In this document: positions 48,137 through 60,400 of the stretch, piece after piece | Layout of the letters: each line of letters starts with the position of its first letter | Position numbering within the stretch: position 1 is the stretch's first letter | Source: Macrostomum lignano | Lineage: Eukaryota | Reading direction: 5' to 3' | Assembly (NCBI GenBank): GCA_002269645.1 | Contig: NIVC01001895.1 | Span: 60,772-124,771, forward strand | Length of the DNA stretch: 64,000 bases | Program-made: the position numbers and the translations under genes | The notes under the pieces: generated by a model | What the model was told of the DNA's origin: nothing | What the model saw: the letters and a program-made list of their open reading frames with translations, nothing else | The model's database searches: none

Positions 48137-48454
48137 GTTGTTAATACGCTTGTAGATAACAAAAGTATGATTCGTTGAGAAACGTTAAAGCGTCAAGTCA
48201 GTTGAAGATTATCTGTTTATTAATTCTCGGAGGCTGTGTATAACATATAGTAGGCACATAGCAAAGATAAGGAAGTATGTGGTTAACAGATAGGTCCATA
48301 CATATCGCGCAAGAGTGTGTCAGAAAAACTCTGTGACTTAAGAGAAGCTACGTAAGCATAAGTTGTTTATTTATTCACGAGTGTTGTTGCGTACACAAAT
48401 TTCAAAGAAATTCTGCAGTTTTGAAAAAATCATAAGGCGCTCCAAGAAGCAGTT

Positions 48455-51400
48455 TCAAGGAAGCTCAAAACTGCGCTGTCGAAGTCGTCCGCCGCCGGAC
48501 TTGCCAACCACCGGATCGCCCTGCCTGCCGTCCGTGGCCGTCACCACGATGCGCGGTTGGTCAGCGGCGGATGCCGCTGCAGCCACGCCGCCACCGAGGC
48601 GATCGCGTCGACGACTGTCGAAATCGGCGCCGCTCCGACCTCTGCTCAAGTCCGACCTGTCGAAGTCGGCTCCGCTCCGGCCTCTGCTCAAGTCCGACCT
48701 GTCGAAATCGGCTCCGCTCCGACCTCTGCTCAAGTCCGACCTGTCGAAATCGGCTCCGCTCCGACCTCTGCTCAAGTCCGACCTGTCGAAATCGGCTCCG
48801 CTCCGACCTCTTCTACTCAAGTCCGACCTGTCGAAGTCGGCTCCGCTCCGACCTCTGCTCAAGTCCGACCTGTCGAAATCGGCGCCGCTCCGACCTCTGC
48901 TCAAATCCGACCTGTCGAAGTCGGCTCCGCTCCGGCCTCTGCTCAAGCCCGACCTATCGAACTCGGCTCCGCTCCGGCCTCTGCTCAAGTCCGACCTGTC
49001 GAAGTCGGCTCCGCTCCGACCTCTGCTCGATTCTGGCCCATCAAAGTCTCTGCTCAAGCGACTACGACCAGTCTCAAGATCTAGCGGGCTCTTCCTCTCT
49101 TGGGCCTTGTCGGAAGCGCCGAGGCCACTCAGCCGATCAAACTCTCGAGGGCTCCTTTTCAGATCTTTTTCGGGGTCCTGCTCGGCGGTCCGATCTTTGC
49201 CGGAGTCAAGGTTGCGGCCCAGTCGCCTGGCGGAATCTGACGCAGGACTTTTGTCTTTGCTCCTGTTGAACTCGTCCGTTTGCAACCTGTCGGCACGTCT
49301 GATGTTGAAGCTTCCACCAAACTTCTTCTCTGGCGGCGGCGCTGATGGCTTTTTTTCTGCTCCTTGGAGCCCGCGGCGATCCGACTGGCTTTTGTCGCTG
49401 TTTAGAGTTCTTGGACTGCGCTTCTGGTCCTCGGATGATTTGGTAGGTCGTTTTGAGGAGTCGTCCAACCCCTTGCCAGTCCTCTTCTCCTCGCCTGTCA
49501 GCTTCTTGTAGCTCTCTGCAGCCTTCGAGCGCAGCTTCGGCTTGCCGAACGCGTCCAGCGAGCTCTCGCTATCGGAGCTCGCTGGCCGGCCCGCCTGACG
49601 GCCTGGCGATGCAACCTTTCGGCTGGCGCCGCTCGGCGGAGTCTTGCCAACCGGACGTCTTTTCTTGCTGCGCTCGTCGTCTGAAGACGAAGTTGACGAA
49701 CTCGAGGAGTCCGAGGAAGCAGCGCGGCCTCGAGCTGACTTTGACTTCTTCTTGGCAGCCGCAGCAGCTCGGCTCTGCTTCTGCTGCTCCTCCAATCGTT
49801 TTCGTTTCTTCTCCTGCTGCTTCTTTTTCTTCTCCTCTTCGGCTTTCTGCTTCTCGAGCAGCTCTTTGCGGATTCGTTCGAAATTCTCATTGTCACTGCA
49901 CAATCGCAGCTGACGGTAAAGCAGCTTGCCGGAGTCCGACGCAGGCAGCTCCACCGTCTTGTCCTTCTTCAGCCAGGCCTGGTCCTTGGACTGCGGCACG
50001 AATGTCACCTGCACGGCGTAGGGCAGCTTCACCGAGCCGTGGTTCGGATCGAAGTCGTCGTGCGACTTCACGGAGTCCACCGACTCGCCGTCGGACGCTG
50101 AGCTAGTCTTATCGGAGCCCGTTGCGTCGCTGTCCTCGCTGTCGCTGGGCTGATCCGAGCTCTTCAGGCTGGCGCGGCGGCGGCTGCGACCGAAAAACCC
50201 GGCGCTGGCATCGACGGAGTCCTCGGCCTCTTCGTCCGACCGCTTCCGCTTGCCCTTCTTGGCGCCGCTCCTGTCCTCCAGTCTCTGCTTTTTACGTTGC
50301 TTCTCTCTTGCGTCGGCGTTCTCGAACAGGATTTTGCCCTTGTCCTGGGTCAGCCCGTCTGGCATCTTGTTGGAGAACTGCAGCCGCTGCAGGTGCTGCA
50401 GAATCTCCTCCATCACCAGGTACTTGGTCACTACGATCTGGGAGTTTCAGGATTTGGGGGGATAATATTTCGTAAAATGCATCATTATCGCAATAACAAT
50501 TGATTACACCTGCCGTAATGGGAAGATGTGCAACCGACAGCTCAGCCGCAGCTATTTGCGCGGCGCATCTGAAGGCTGCGTACGGCTGTTCAGTCCAAGG
50601 ACTGGGGGGTCGCCACACACAGCCTCAATTACCCCCAGCTAATGCTGGCACCCATTTTACAGCAGAGTCAAGTGTCTTGCTCAAGGACACAAATTGTTCC
50701 TGACCTTTCAGTCATGAGTCCGACTCTCTCAGTACTGGGCTACAACCCCACAACAACATTGACAGAGATATGAAAATGAAAAGCAAGAGAAGCAAGGGCA
50801 GCTTTCTTCTTTTTTCAAATGATCTGGGTGATTTACAACATTTTCTAAAACACAATGTCTAGTTTAAATACGATAAAAAACAGCGGCTTATCAAGAAAAA
50901 TTTTGCTTCTTAAAAATTGCTACTGGGTCCACCTGTGCAGCACTACGGATGTTACCTGTTTTTCTCTATCAATAAAGTCTTCTGTTTTAAGCTGGAGCTG
51001 TTCGGATGGTTGATTTAATTGATAAGTGGCTCTGCCAATGTCTGAGGTTTTTTAGGCTACTAAAAGCACAGATACTATAAACACTAGATAGGCCACTCCA
51101 GCTAATTTTCACAACACGACAGTTTACTCTACTTTCTGCTTAGTAGTAGTAAAAACATTTTAGCGTTATTTATATTTTTTTAAAATAAAAAAACAGATGA
51201 ATGCAATGCAGCAATTGTATTGATTTTTTGCAAAAAGAAACTTATAATTATACTTTCCACAATTCAAAGCAACATTGTGAATGCTTTAGATTGCATAGAA
51301 GGCTATATTATTGCAGTCTACTATTGTATATTTAGCAAATACGAGCTATATCATATACTCCATAATCCATATTCGTGAAGCAAAATAGAAAGATTTCTCA

Positions 51401-54400
51401 TCTTAATCAGCTCATCTGTTTGTGAAACTCGCAGCGTGCTGTCGAAGAACAGGGTCGCCAGTCGCCCTTGTTCAGAGGCAGCATTCAGAACGGCCCAACA
51501 GATGAAAAAAACTGGCGAATGCGCCACTTCAAGGTCCAGGGATGTATCCGATGGAGCCAATCCTCAGTGGTTTCGTAACAGGCAGCCGATAAGCAGCAGG
51601 ACTTTTGTGGTGCAGCTGCAATGAGCTGCTGATGAGATGACATCCTTTGACCAGAGCACCCCTGACTGCGAGCGCCCTGCCGCCCAGTCGACCGCTGGAA
51701 GCTGCGCTAGCCACGCCTCCACAGTCCATGGATGCACGACTGCGCTGCACTTGCCTTGACCATCGAGAGTTGCCGCTGCAGCCGCTTGATTTGCCTGTCG
51801 CTTTCGGGATTGCCGCTGCAGCCGCTTGATTTGCCTGTCGCTTTCGGGATTGCCGCTGCAGCCGCTTGATTTGCCTGTCGCTTTCGGGATTGCCGCTGCA
51901 GCCGCTTGATTTGCCTGTCGCTTTCGGGATTGCCGCTGCAGCCGCTTGATTCGCCTGTCACTTTCGGGATTGCCGCTGCAGCCGCTTGATTCGCCTGTCA
52001 CTTTCGGGATCGTTGCTGCAGCCGCTTGATCTTTGCCTCTAGCGCTTGGAACCCGCGAATCGGCTGCAGAGGTGAGAGCTTTCAGCCGCAACAGCTGTTC
52101 TCGGCGCAGAAACTGGTAGCCGAAGGTTGCTCTGCCACAGCACTGGCAGCAGGCAAGTCGCAGGCTCGGCTGCAGATAGATTGCTAATTGGCCCCAGCAC
52201 TGGAGGGTACATGTCGTCTGCCTCTTCATCGTTTATCAGTCCTTTGCACAGAGGGTAGCTGGTCTATTTGAACGAGCCGAGGCAGCATCAACTCTTGGTG
52301 TGGGATTGCGTCCCAGCGAAAACAGATGTCTTGCACATCCGTGGCACTTTGTAAGGCAGCAGTAGGCCTCGTCCATAAAGTGCAAGCTGAACACACGGAG
52401 GCCCCGTGATTTAATTGTTTATAAAGATCAATATCCACGCTCCTGTAGTAGCTGCTGCCAGCGCTTCGCCAGTGTCATCTTTTGGTAATTTATGCATTCG
52501 CAACGGATTTTTCTTTCTCGGATGTTAATAGCACTAGTACAAAGCTCGTGCAAGTGGGAGCACAGCAGTGGTTCGAATCAAAACATTTCTCGAGTACAAG
52601 ATTAGATAGAAAAGCTAGTATGCACTCGAACTTTCTTTAACTCTGACTCTTGTCCTGTTCATCTATATAAGCTTGTATTTAAGCACGATTCGCCACCCCC
52701 AAATTTTCTAACCCACAACCTCTCAACCCCCACCCCACCCCTAACCCAGGCTAGCTATGTGCAGTCCTTTATTTTCTATCCCACCACCAGTAGGCCTAAA
52801 TTATCGATCCACTCACCCTGCCTTATACGAAACTGATATTAACCCTATTCCAGACTACCCCCCTTCCTCCACTTTGAAAGATAGCGGCATTGCACACTGT
52901 CTGTCGCGTCTTAATGTACACCATTACTGCACAAAACAAGTTAGTTGTTTATGGCGTTAGCAAAACGATGTCTTAAAAACAGTCACTCGATTTGTCTAAT
53001 TTAGCAAATAATACTGTTGCTTCCTTTCATTGCTACTAAGCAGAAAGTAGAATAAAAAACTTGCCCAGAAAATTAGCCTGAGTGGCCTATCTAGTGTTTA
53101 TAGTATCTGTGACTAAAAGTAGACATTCTACGTGTAAATAGAGAGGAAAAATTTTAAATTCTACAAAATTCTTTGTCGCTGCTAATCCAACTGCAGAATT
53201 AATTTACTTTTGGCTAGGGTTCGGGTTCGGGTTCGGGTTCGGGTTCGGGTTCGGGTTCGGGTTCGGGTTCGGGTTCGGGTTCGGGTTTGTGTTCGGGTTC
53301 GGGTTCGGGTTCGGGTTCGGGTTCGGGTTCGGGTTCGGGTTCGGGTTCGGGTTCGGGTTCGGGTTCGGGTTCGGGTTCGGGTTCGGGTTCGGGTTCGGGT
53401 TCGGGTTCGGGTTCGGGTTCGGGTTTGTGTTCGGGTTTGTGTTCGGGTTCGGGTTCGGGTTCGGGTTCGGGTTTGTGTTCGGGTTCGGGTTCGGGTTCGG
53501 GTTCGGGTTCGGGTTCGGGTTTGTGTTCGGGTTCGGGTTCGGGTTTGGGTTCGAATTCGGGTTCAGGTTCGGGTTGAGATTCGGGTTCGGGTTTGTGTTC
53601 GGGTCCGGGTTTGGGTTCGGGTTTGGGTTCGAGTTCGGGTTCGGGTTTGGGTTGAGGTTCGGGTTCGAGTTCGGGTTTGGGTTCGAATTCGGGTTCAGGT
53701 TCGGGTTGAGATTCGGGTTCGGGTTTGTGTTCGGGTCCGGGTTTGGGTTCGGGTTCGGGTTCGGGTTCGGGTTTGTGTTCGGGTTCGGGTTCGGGTTCGG
53801 GTTTGGGTTCGAATTCGGGTTCAGGTTCGGGTTGAGATTCGGTTTCGGGTTTGTGTTCGGGTTCGGGTTTGGGTTCGGGTTTGGGTTCGAGTTCGGGTTC
53901 GGGTTCGGGTTCGGGTTCGGGTTCGGGTTCGGGTTCGGGTTCGGGTTCGGGTTCGGGTTCGGGTTCAGGTTCGGGTTCGGGTTCGGGTTTGTGTTCGGGT
54001 TCGGGTTCGGGTTCGGGTTCGGGTTCGGGTTCGGGTTCGGGTTCGGGTTCGGGTTCGGGTTCGGGTTCGGGTTCGGGTTCGGGTTCGGGTTCGGGTTCGG
54101 GTTCGGGTTCGGGTTCGGGTTCGGGTTCGGGTTCGGGTTCGGGTTCGGGTTCGGGTTCGGGTTCGGGTTCGGGTTTGTGTTCGGGTTTGTGTTCGGGTTC
54201 GGGTTCGGGTTCGGGTTCGGGTTTGTGTTCGGGTTCGGGTTCGGGTTCGGGTTCGGGTTCGGGTTCGGGTTTGTGTTCGGGTTCGGGTTCGGGTTTGGGT
54301 TCGAATTCGGGTTCAGGTTCGGGTTGAGATTCGGGTTCGGGTTTGTGTTCGGGTCCGGGTTTGGGTTCGGGTTTGGGTTCGAGTTCGGGTTCGGGTTTGG

Positions 54401-57400
54401 GTTGAGGTTCGGGTTCGAGTTCGGGTTTGGGTTCGAATTCGGGTTCAGGTTCGGGTTGAGATTCGGGTTCGGGTTTGTGTTCGGGTCCGGGTTTGGGTTC
54501 GGGTTTGGGTTCGAGTTCGGGTTCGGGTTTGGGTTGAGGTTCGGGTTCGAGTTCGGGTTTGGGTTCGAATTCGGGTTCAGGTTCGGGTTGAGATTCGGGT
54601 TCGGGTTTGTGTTCGGGTCCGGGTTTGGGTTCGGGTTCGGGTTCGGGTTCGGGTTTGTGTTCGGGTTCGGGTTCGGGTTCGGGTTTGGGTTCGAATTCGG
54701 GTTCAGGTTCGGGTTGAGATTCGGTTTCGGGTTTGTGTTCGGGTTCGGGTTTGGGTTCGGGTTTGGGTTCGAGTTCGGGTTCGGGTTTGGGTTGAGGTTC
54801 GGGTTCGAGTTCGGGTTTGGGTTCGAATTCGGGTTCAGGTTCGGGTTGAGATTCGGGTTCGGGTTTGTGTTCGGGTCCGGGTTTGGGTTCGGGTTTGGGT
54901 TCGAGTTCGGGTTCGGGTTTGGGTTGAGGTTCGGGTTCGAGTTCGGGTTTGGGTTCGAATTCGGGTTCAGGTTCGGGTTGAGATTCGGGTTCGGGTTTGT
55001 GTTCGGGTCCGGGTTTGGGTTCGGGTTTGGGTTCGAGTTCGGGTTCGGGTTTGGGTTCGGGTTCGGGTTCGGGTTTGGGTTGAGGTTCGGGTTCGGCTTT
55101 GTGTTCGGGTTTGGGTTTAGGCTTTGTTTCGGGTTTGGGTTTGGGTTTGGGTTTGGGTTTGGGTTCGGTTTGGGTTTGGGTTTGGATTTGGTTTCGGTTT
55201 GGGTTTGGGTTTAGATTTGGTTTCGGGTTTGTGTTTGGGTTCGGGTTCGGGTTTGTGTTCGGGTTTGTGTTCGGTTTCAGGTTCGGGTTTGTGTTCGAGT
55301 TCGGGTTCGGTTTCGGTTTGGGTTTGGGTTTGGTTTCGGGTTTGTGTTCGGGTTCGGGTTTGTGTTCAGGTTCGTGTTTGGGTTTGGGTTTGGGTTTGGG
55401 TTCGGGTTCAGGTTCGGGTTCAGGTTCGTGTTTGGGTTTGTGTTCAGGTTCGTGTTTGGGTTTGGGTTTGGGTTTGGGTTCAGGTTCGGGTTCAGGTTCG
55501 TGTTTGGGTTTGTGTTCAGGTTCGTGTTTGGGTTTGGGTTTGGGTTTGGGTTCAGGTTCGGGTTCAGGTTCGTGTTTGGGTTTGTGTTCGGGTTCGGGTT
55601 CGCTTTCGGTTTGGGTTTGGGTTTGGTTTCGGTTTGGGTTTGGGGGTTTGGTTTCGGCTTTGTGTTCGGGTTCGGGTTCGGGTTTGTGTTCGGGTTCGGG
55701 TTCGGGTTTGTGTTCGGGTTCGGGTTCGGGTTCGGGTTTGTGTTCGGGTTCGGGTTCGGGTTCGGGTTTGGGTTCGGGTTTGGGTTTGGTTTCGGATTTG
55801 TGTTCGGGTTCGGGTTCGGGTTTGTGTTCGGGTTCGGGTTCGGGTTTGGGTTCGGGTGTGGGTTTGGGTTCGGGTTCGGGTTCGGGTTTGGGTTTGGGTG
55901 TGGGATTGGGTTTGGTTTCGGGTTTGGGTTTGGGTTTGGGTTCAGGTTCGGGTTCAGGTTCGTGTTTGGGTTTGGGTTTGGGTTTGGGTTCGGGTTCGGG
56001 TTCGGGTTTGGGTTTGGGTGTGGGATTGGGTTTGGTTTCGGGTTTGGGTTTGGGTTTGGGTTCGGGTTCGGTTTCAGGTTCGTGTTTGGGTTCTGGTTTG
56101 GGTTTGGGTTTGGGTTTGGGTTTGGGTTTGGGTTCGGGTTCGGGTTTGTGTTGGGGTTCGGGTTCGGGTTTGGGTTCTGCGGTTTGGGTTCGGGTTTGGA
56201 ATTACGTTTGGCAGTTAAACATCTTGGACATCTCTCAACTAACTGTGCCATTGTTCCACTGCTTCATAAAAAACAGTCTTGCATAGTGAGACAACACAAA
56301 AGAGGTAGGAAATGAGCGATTGCTTGATAGTTAAATACTTGAAAGCAGCTACTATAATAAGTAGTAAGATTGAATAGCTTAACACTTCATAGTAAAAAGT
56401 TACCTTCTGTTGAATGGCGAATATAGAAAAAGAATCGTGGTAATTCATATTTAATTTATAATAAATTGTAATTGAGGAATAATTCATAATATTCACACCT
56501 TACTGCTATAGTAAGTAAATGCATTTTTCTCACCCCGTCCATGTACCAGTCCGGAGCGATACCTTTGCCAGAGATGGACACCTTCAACTTCACTGGCGTG
56601 TCAATCACTCGAGCGGTCTGCATGGGGGGTTTAGGCAGGTGCAATAAAACCACAGAATGCGCGCACTAATGACACTTTAACTAATTTAAAATTAGCTTAT
56701 GTGATGCAACTTATGTACTTGTAAAGTCGGCGGAATGGGCAGTAATGCCTCTCGCCGGTTGTGACAATGTCGCTTAAAGTGCGCCAGGGTGCACGCAGCC
56801 CCTGCCTCTGACTAAAAAACAAGCTATTCATATGAGCGTAACTACCTAAATATTGTAATTAACATTCAAGTGACCTTGTTTTTATAATTGGTTAGATATT
56901 TATTTGCAAGGTGTTGCTAAACTTTTTGCCGCAACTGTATAGATAACTAACATTGGTAACGGTGTACTTGCATTTGAAAACAGACAACGGTTTCGAGTGT
57001 GAAAATCTGTAAGCATTTTAATTAGTTACCCTGGTTAGCTGGTGTCTCAAAGCACAAGCTGGTCCCTGCTGGTTTACGTTTAAATCCAATCGATGGTTTC
57101 AACGATAAACTTCTAGTAGTAAGACGGTAAAACACATCAGCCAAACAGGATAAATTTTCATTTACACTACTGATTAAATCATTTCTGACCTTTTTTACTT
57201 TCAGAAAAATCATTTCAAAACCACAGATGCTAAAAATCTAGATAGGCCACTCAGCACATTTGCGTGTCAGCTACTTTCAGTTGAGTAGTAAGGTAATCAG
57301 AGGCATTTTAATGTCGTATTCTAAAGCCAAGGCTCATTTATTGGTTCTCACCCCCAGCTTAAACCCTCCAACCGCGTCTTTCCACACTACCCCCGCCCCA

Positions 57401-60400
57401 CCCCAATTTTTATTACCTTTCTCGGAATTCTAGCCTAAAGCTGCCATGTACATTTCAGTGGCCAATGTACATTATGGCTGAACCAATTAGCAAGTTGTTT
57501 ACGCCTGCAAGCTTGGCCTTCTAAACTTATCAAAGTCATTTCAGCTGCCTTTACGAGCGTATGTTTATAAAAAAGCTTATGTATTCTTCTTTGCTACTGA
57601 ACTGAAAGGCCCATTAGTTATTTTAGTATCTGTGTTTCAAACCAGCGCAAATGTTGTGTTTTAATTCACACGATGAGAAATCGACAATTAAAAGCTTAAC
57701 GAAAGGAAAATTTCGACAGATCTCACCTCATTCATTGTGTCAGTTTGGCCTTTCTCGAATCTGCTTTTGTCCTCATCCCTCAGCTCGATGTCACACCTGC
57801 GACCGGCTTTGTCAAACAAAGACATGTAAATGGTAGAGTCGGTGCCCGCGAAATTCTTCTTGCCAGTCTTTGTTACAATTTGGTAAAGCGTTGTCTGGGT
57901 GTACACAGAGCCTGAAAGAGTAGAGTCAGGCAAGCGCACTTGTCCAGGTGTTGTCCACCTGCTTATCTCTCCTAGTCCAGGTGTTCTCCCACTCACCCAC
58001 TCCATCGTGAACATCTTTGACAGTCCAAACCTCCCTCATTGGCGTCTCCTCATTAAGCCACTCGGAGACAGTAAAAAGCCATTTCTGACCAGTCTTGATG
58101 TCCTTCACTATCACCTGATCGACAAACCAGGTACGAGAACTTTCGCTCGATCTTAAAAATAAAAAAGTGAACAAGAGTTTGTTCCATATGCTTTCGTTAC
58201 ATATAAACTAGCAGTCAAGTGCCCAAGTACACAAATACTCAAGTACTCAAGTAACTCACGTACCCAAGTACTTAAGTAGTAAAGTACAAAAGTACTCACG
58301 TACCTAAGTACTCAAGTACTAAAGTACAAAAATACTCACGTACCCAAGTAATCAAGTACAAAAGTACAAAAGTACTTAAGTACCTAAGTATTCAAGTACT
58401 AAAGTACAAAAGTACTCACGTACACAAGTAATCAAGTACAAAAGTACGAAAGTACTCACGTACCTAAGTATTCAAGTATTCAAGTACTTCAGTACTCACG
58501 CAAGTGTCAAGTTTAAAGCCTAACCTGTTCATCTTGTCCTTTTTATCGAACTTGTCCGACGATCGAGGATTGCGGGTGTCCAATTCCAATCTGAAAATTT
58601 AACCGAAAAAATAAGTTAAAGGAATTGCTTTGAAAGACACCTAAAGTAAAGCTGAAGGATCATAAAGACACCGGAAGTATAAAGCCGATGGGTCATATAT
58701 AAGACACCGGAAGTGTCTTTTTCTTACCTGATTCCCTTGAGATCGCCAAAGTCTTCGACGTACAATTCGAATACATCTTTGCTGCCGGGCTGAAAAATAT
58801 TGCGGCCACCGTCACTACTGCCGCCCTCTTCGACAGGTCGCCGAAGTTCGTGACGACCTCGCGACCCTTTGGCGCCCATCAGGCTGATGTACACTCGACA
58901 GTCAGTGCCGGAAGTCGCCTTCCGGCCAGTGTAAGTCGTGACCAGAATGCCGCGCCCGGCTTGAGCCAAACTTTTAGCGCTGGTTGTAGGCGGGAGTCGA
59001 ACCCGGTCCCTCCGACCAGATTTCAGCCAGTTGTTCACGTTGAAGTGGTACTCCATGCCCAGGCTGTAGTCTCTGACGCTCACCTGCGGTTAATTAGGAG
59101 TTGGCAATGGGGCGCCTTGACAAACTAAATGCTTTAAAAACTCATATTTCACAAACTGCATATTTCACAAACTACACGATTCACAAACTACACAATTCAC
59201 AAGCTACACAATGCACAAACTACACAATTAACAAAGTGCATAGTTCACAAACTACACAATTCACAAACTGCATAATTCACAAACTACACAATTCACAAAA
59301 TTTACCATTCACGAACTAAGAATTCACAAGCTAGACACTTCACAAAACAAACGCCTGAAATTATTGAAACTTTAAAATCAGAAATATTCTACTAGTTTGT
59401 AAACCAGCTTCAAAAAACAATTTACTTACCGTCTCAATTAGCCAACGATATCGATGCTTCTTTGGCTTGACCTGATCTGCAGCTGGCAGTCTACTCGAAG
59501 CTGTAGCAGCCGCTGCCGTCGCTTCTTCAGGTGGCTCAATGGCAAGCGTCATGTCCGACAGGCGGCCGATCCGGGGCCCACGGATGTGGAACACCTCCGT
59601 GCTGCCACTGTCGAAAAAGAATGCCAACGAGCCGAACTTTTTGGTGAGGCGGCTCCGGCTTAGAGTGTCATCTTCGCCGCGGAGGGTAATATAAACCTGA
59701 GGCAGAGGGGCGGTGGATGGGCAGAGAGGGGCGGCGATGGCTAGCGTACACTCGGCAGGGAAGGGTTAGAAAAGACACTGTACAGTTGGAGACGAGATTT
59801 AAGACTGTACATTTGGAGACGAGATTTAAAAGACACTGTACATTTAGAGACGAGATTTAAAAGACAGTGTACATTTGGAGACGAGATTTAAAAGATACTG
59901 TACATTTAGAGACGAGATTCAAAAGATAATGTACATTTAGAGACTAGATCTAAAAAACAGACTGACTCACTGGAGCAGAGCAGGCAGCCTTAATATCCGT
60001 GCCAGTTTTCACCATGACCCTGTAGAGGCACTCTTTGCTCTCTGGTTTTGGCGGCGGCGGTTTCGGTGGCACGAACGGGGCCGGCGCTTCATAAGGAATT
60101 CGTTTCTTTCCGTGGATTTTCTTCTGCCGAATTAGGGTAACGTGATTGGACGTGCAGTGCCGAAAATTAGCTTTTCTTATCATTCTTTTACCATAGCCCA
60201 CAACTAGCTTGATGGGGCAGAGGAGTCACGCACCCCTGAAGCTTAAGGTGCCGCCACCTTGCAGTAGCGTCCTTGGTGCTAAAGCCCTTGGTGCTAAAGC
60301 CCCTGGTGCTACGAGTATTCTAACGTCCTGAAGCAGGCACATTCCTACTTTTTACCTGCCGTTAAAAAATGAAAAAACAATAATGCAGAAATATGCTTTC

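Noticed and set aside
53215-56198. True chromosome end
   Set aside because: The array is flanked on both sides by exons of one gene, and the unit is not TTAGGG.
53210-56315. Long RV, FG, SG and PN dipeptide ORFs
   Set aside because: Artefacts of the hexamer array.
57030-57112. Possible extra PLAT exon (KFIVETID)
   Set aside because: In-frame TAA after 10 codons; the 56617-56534 exon continues the domain properly.
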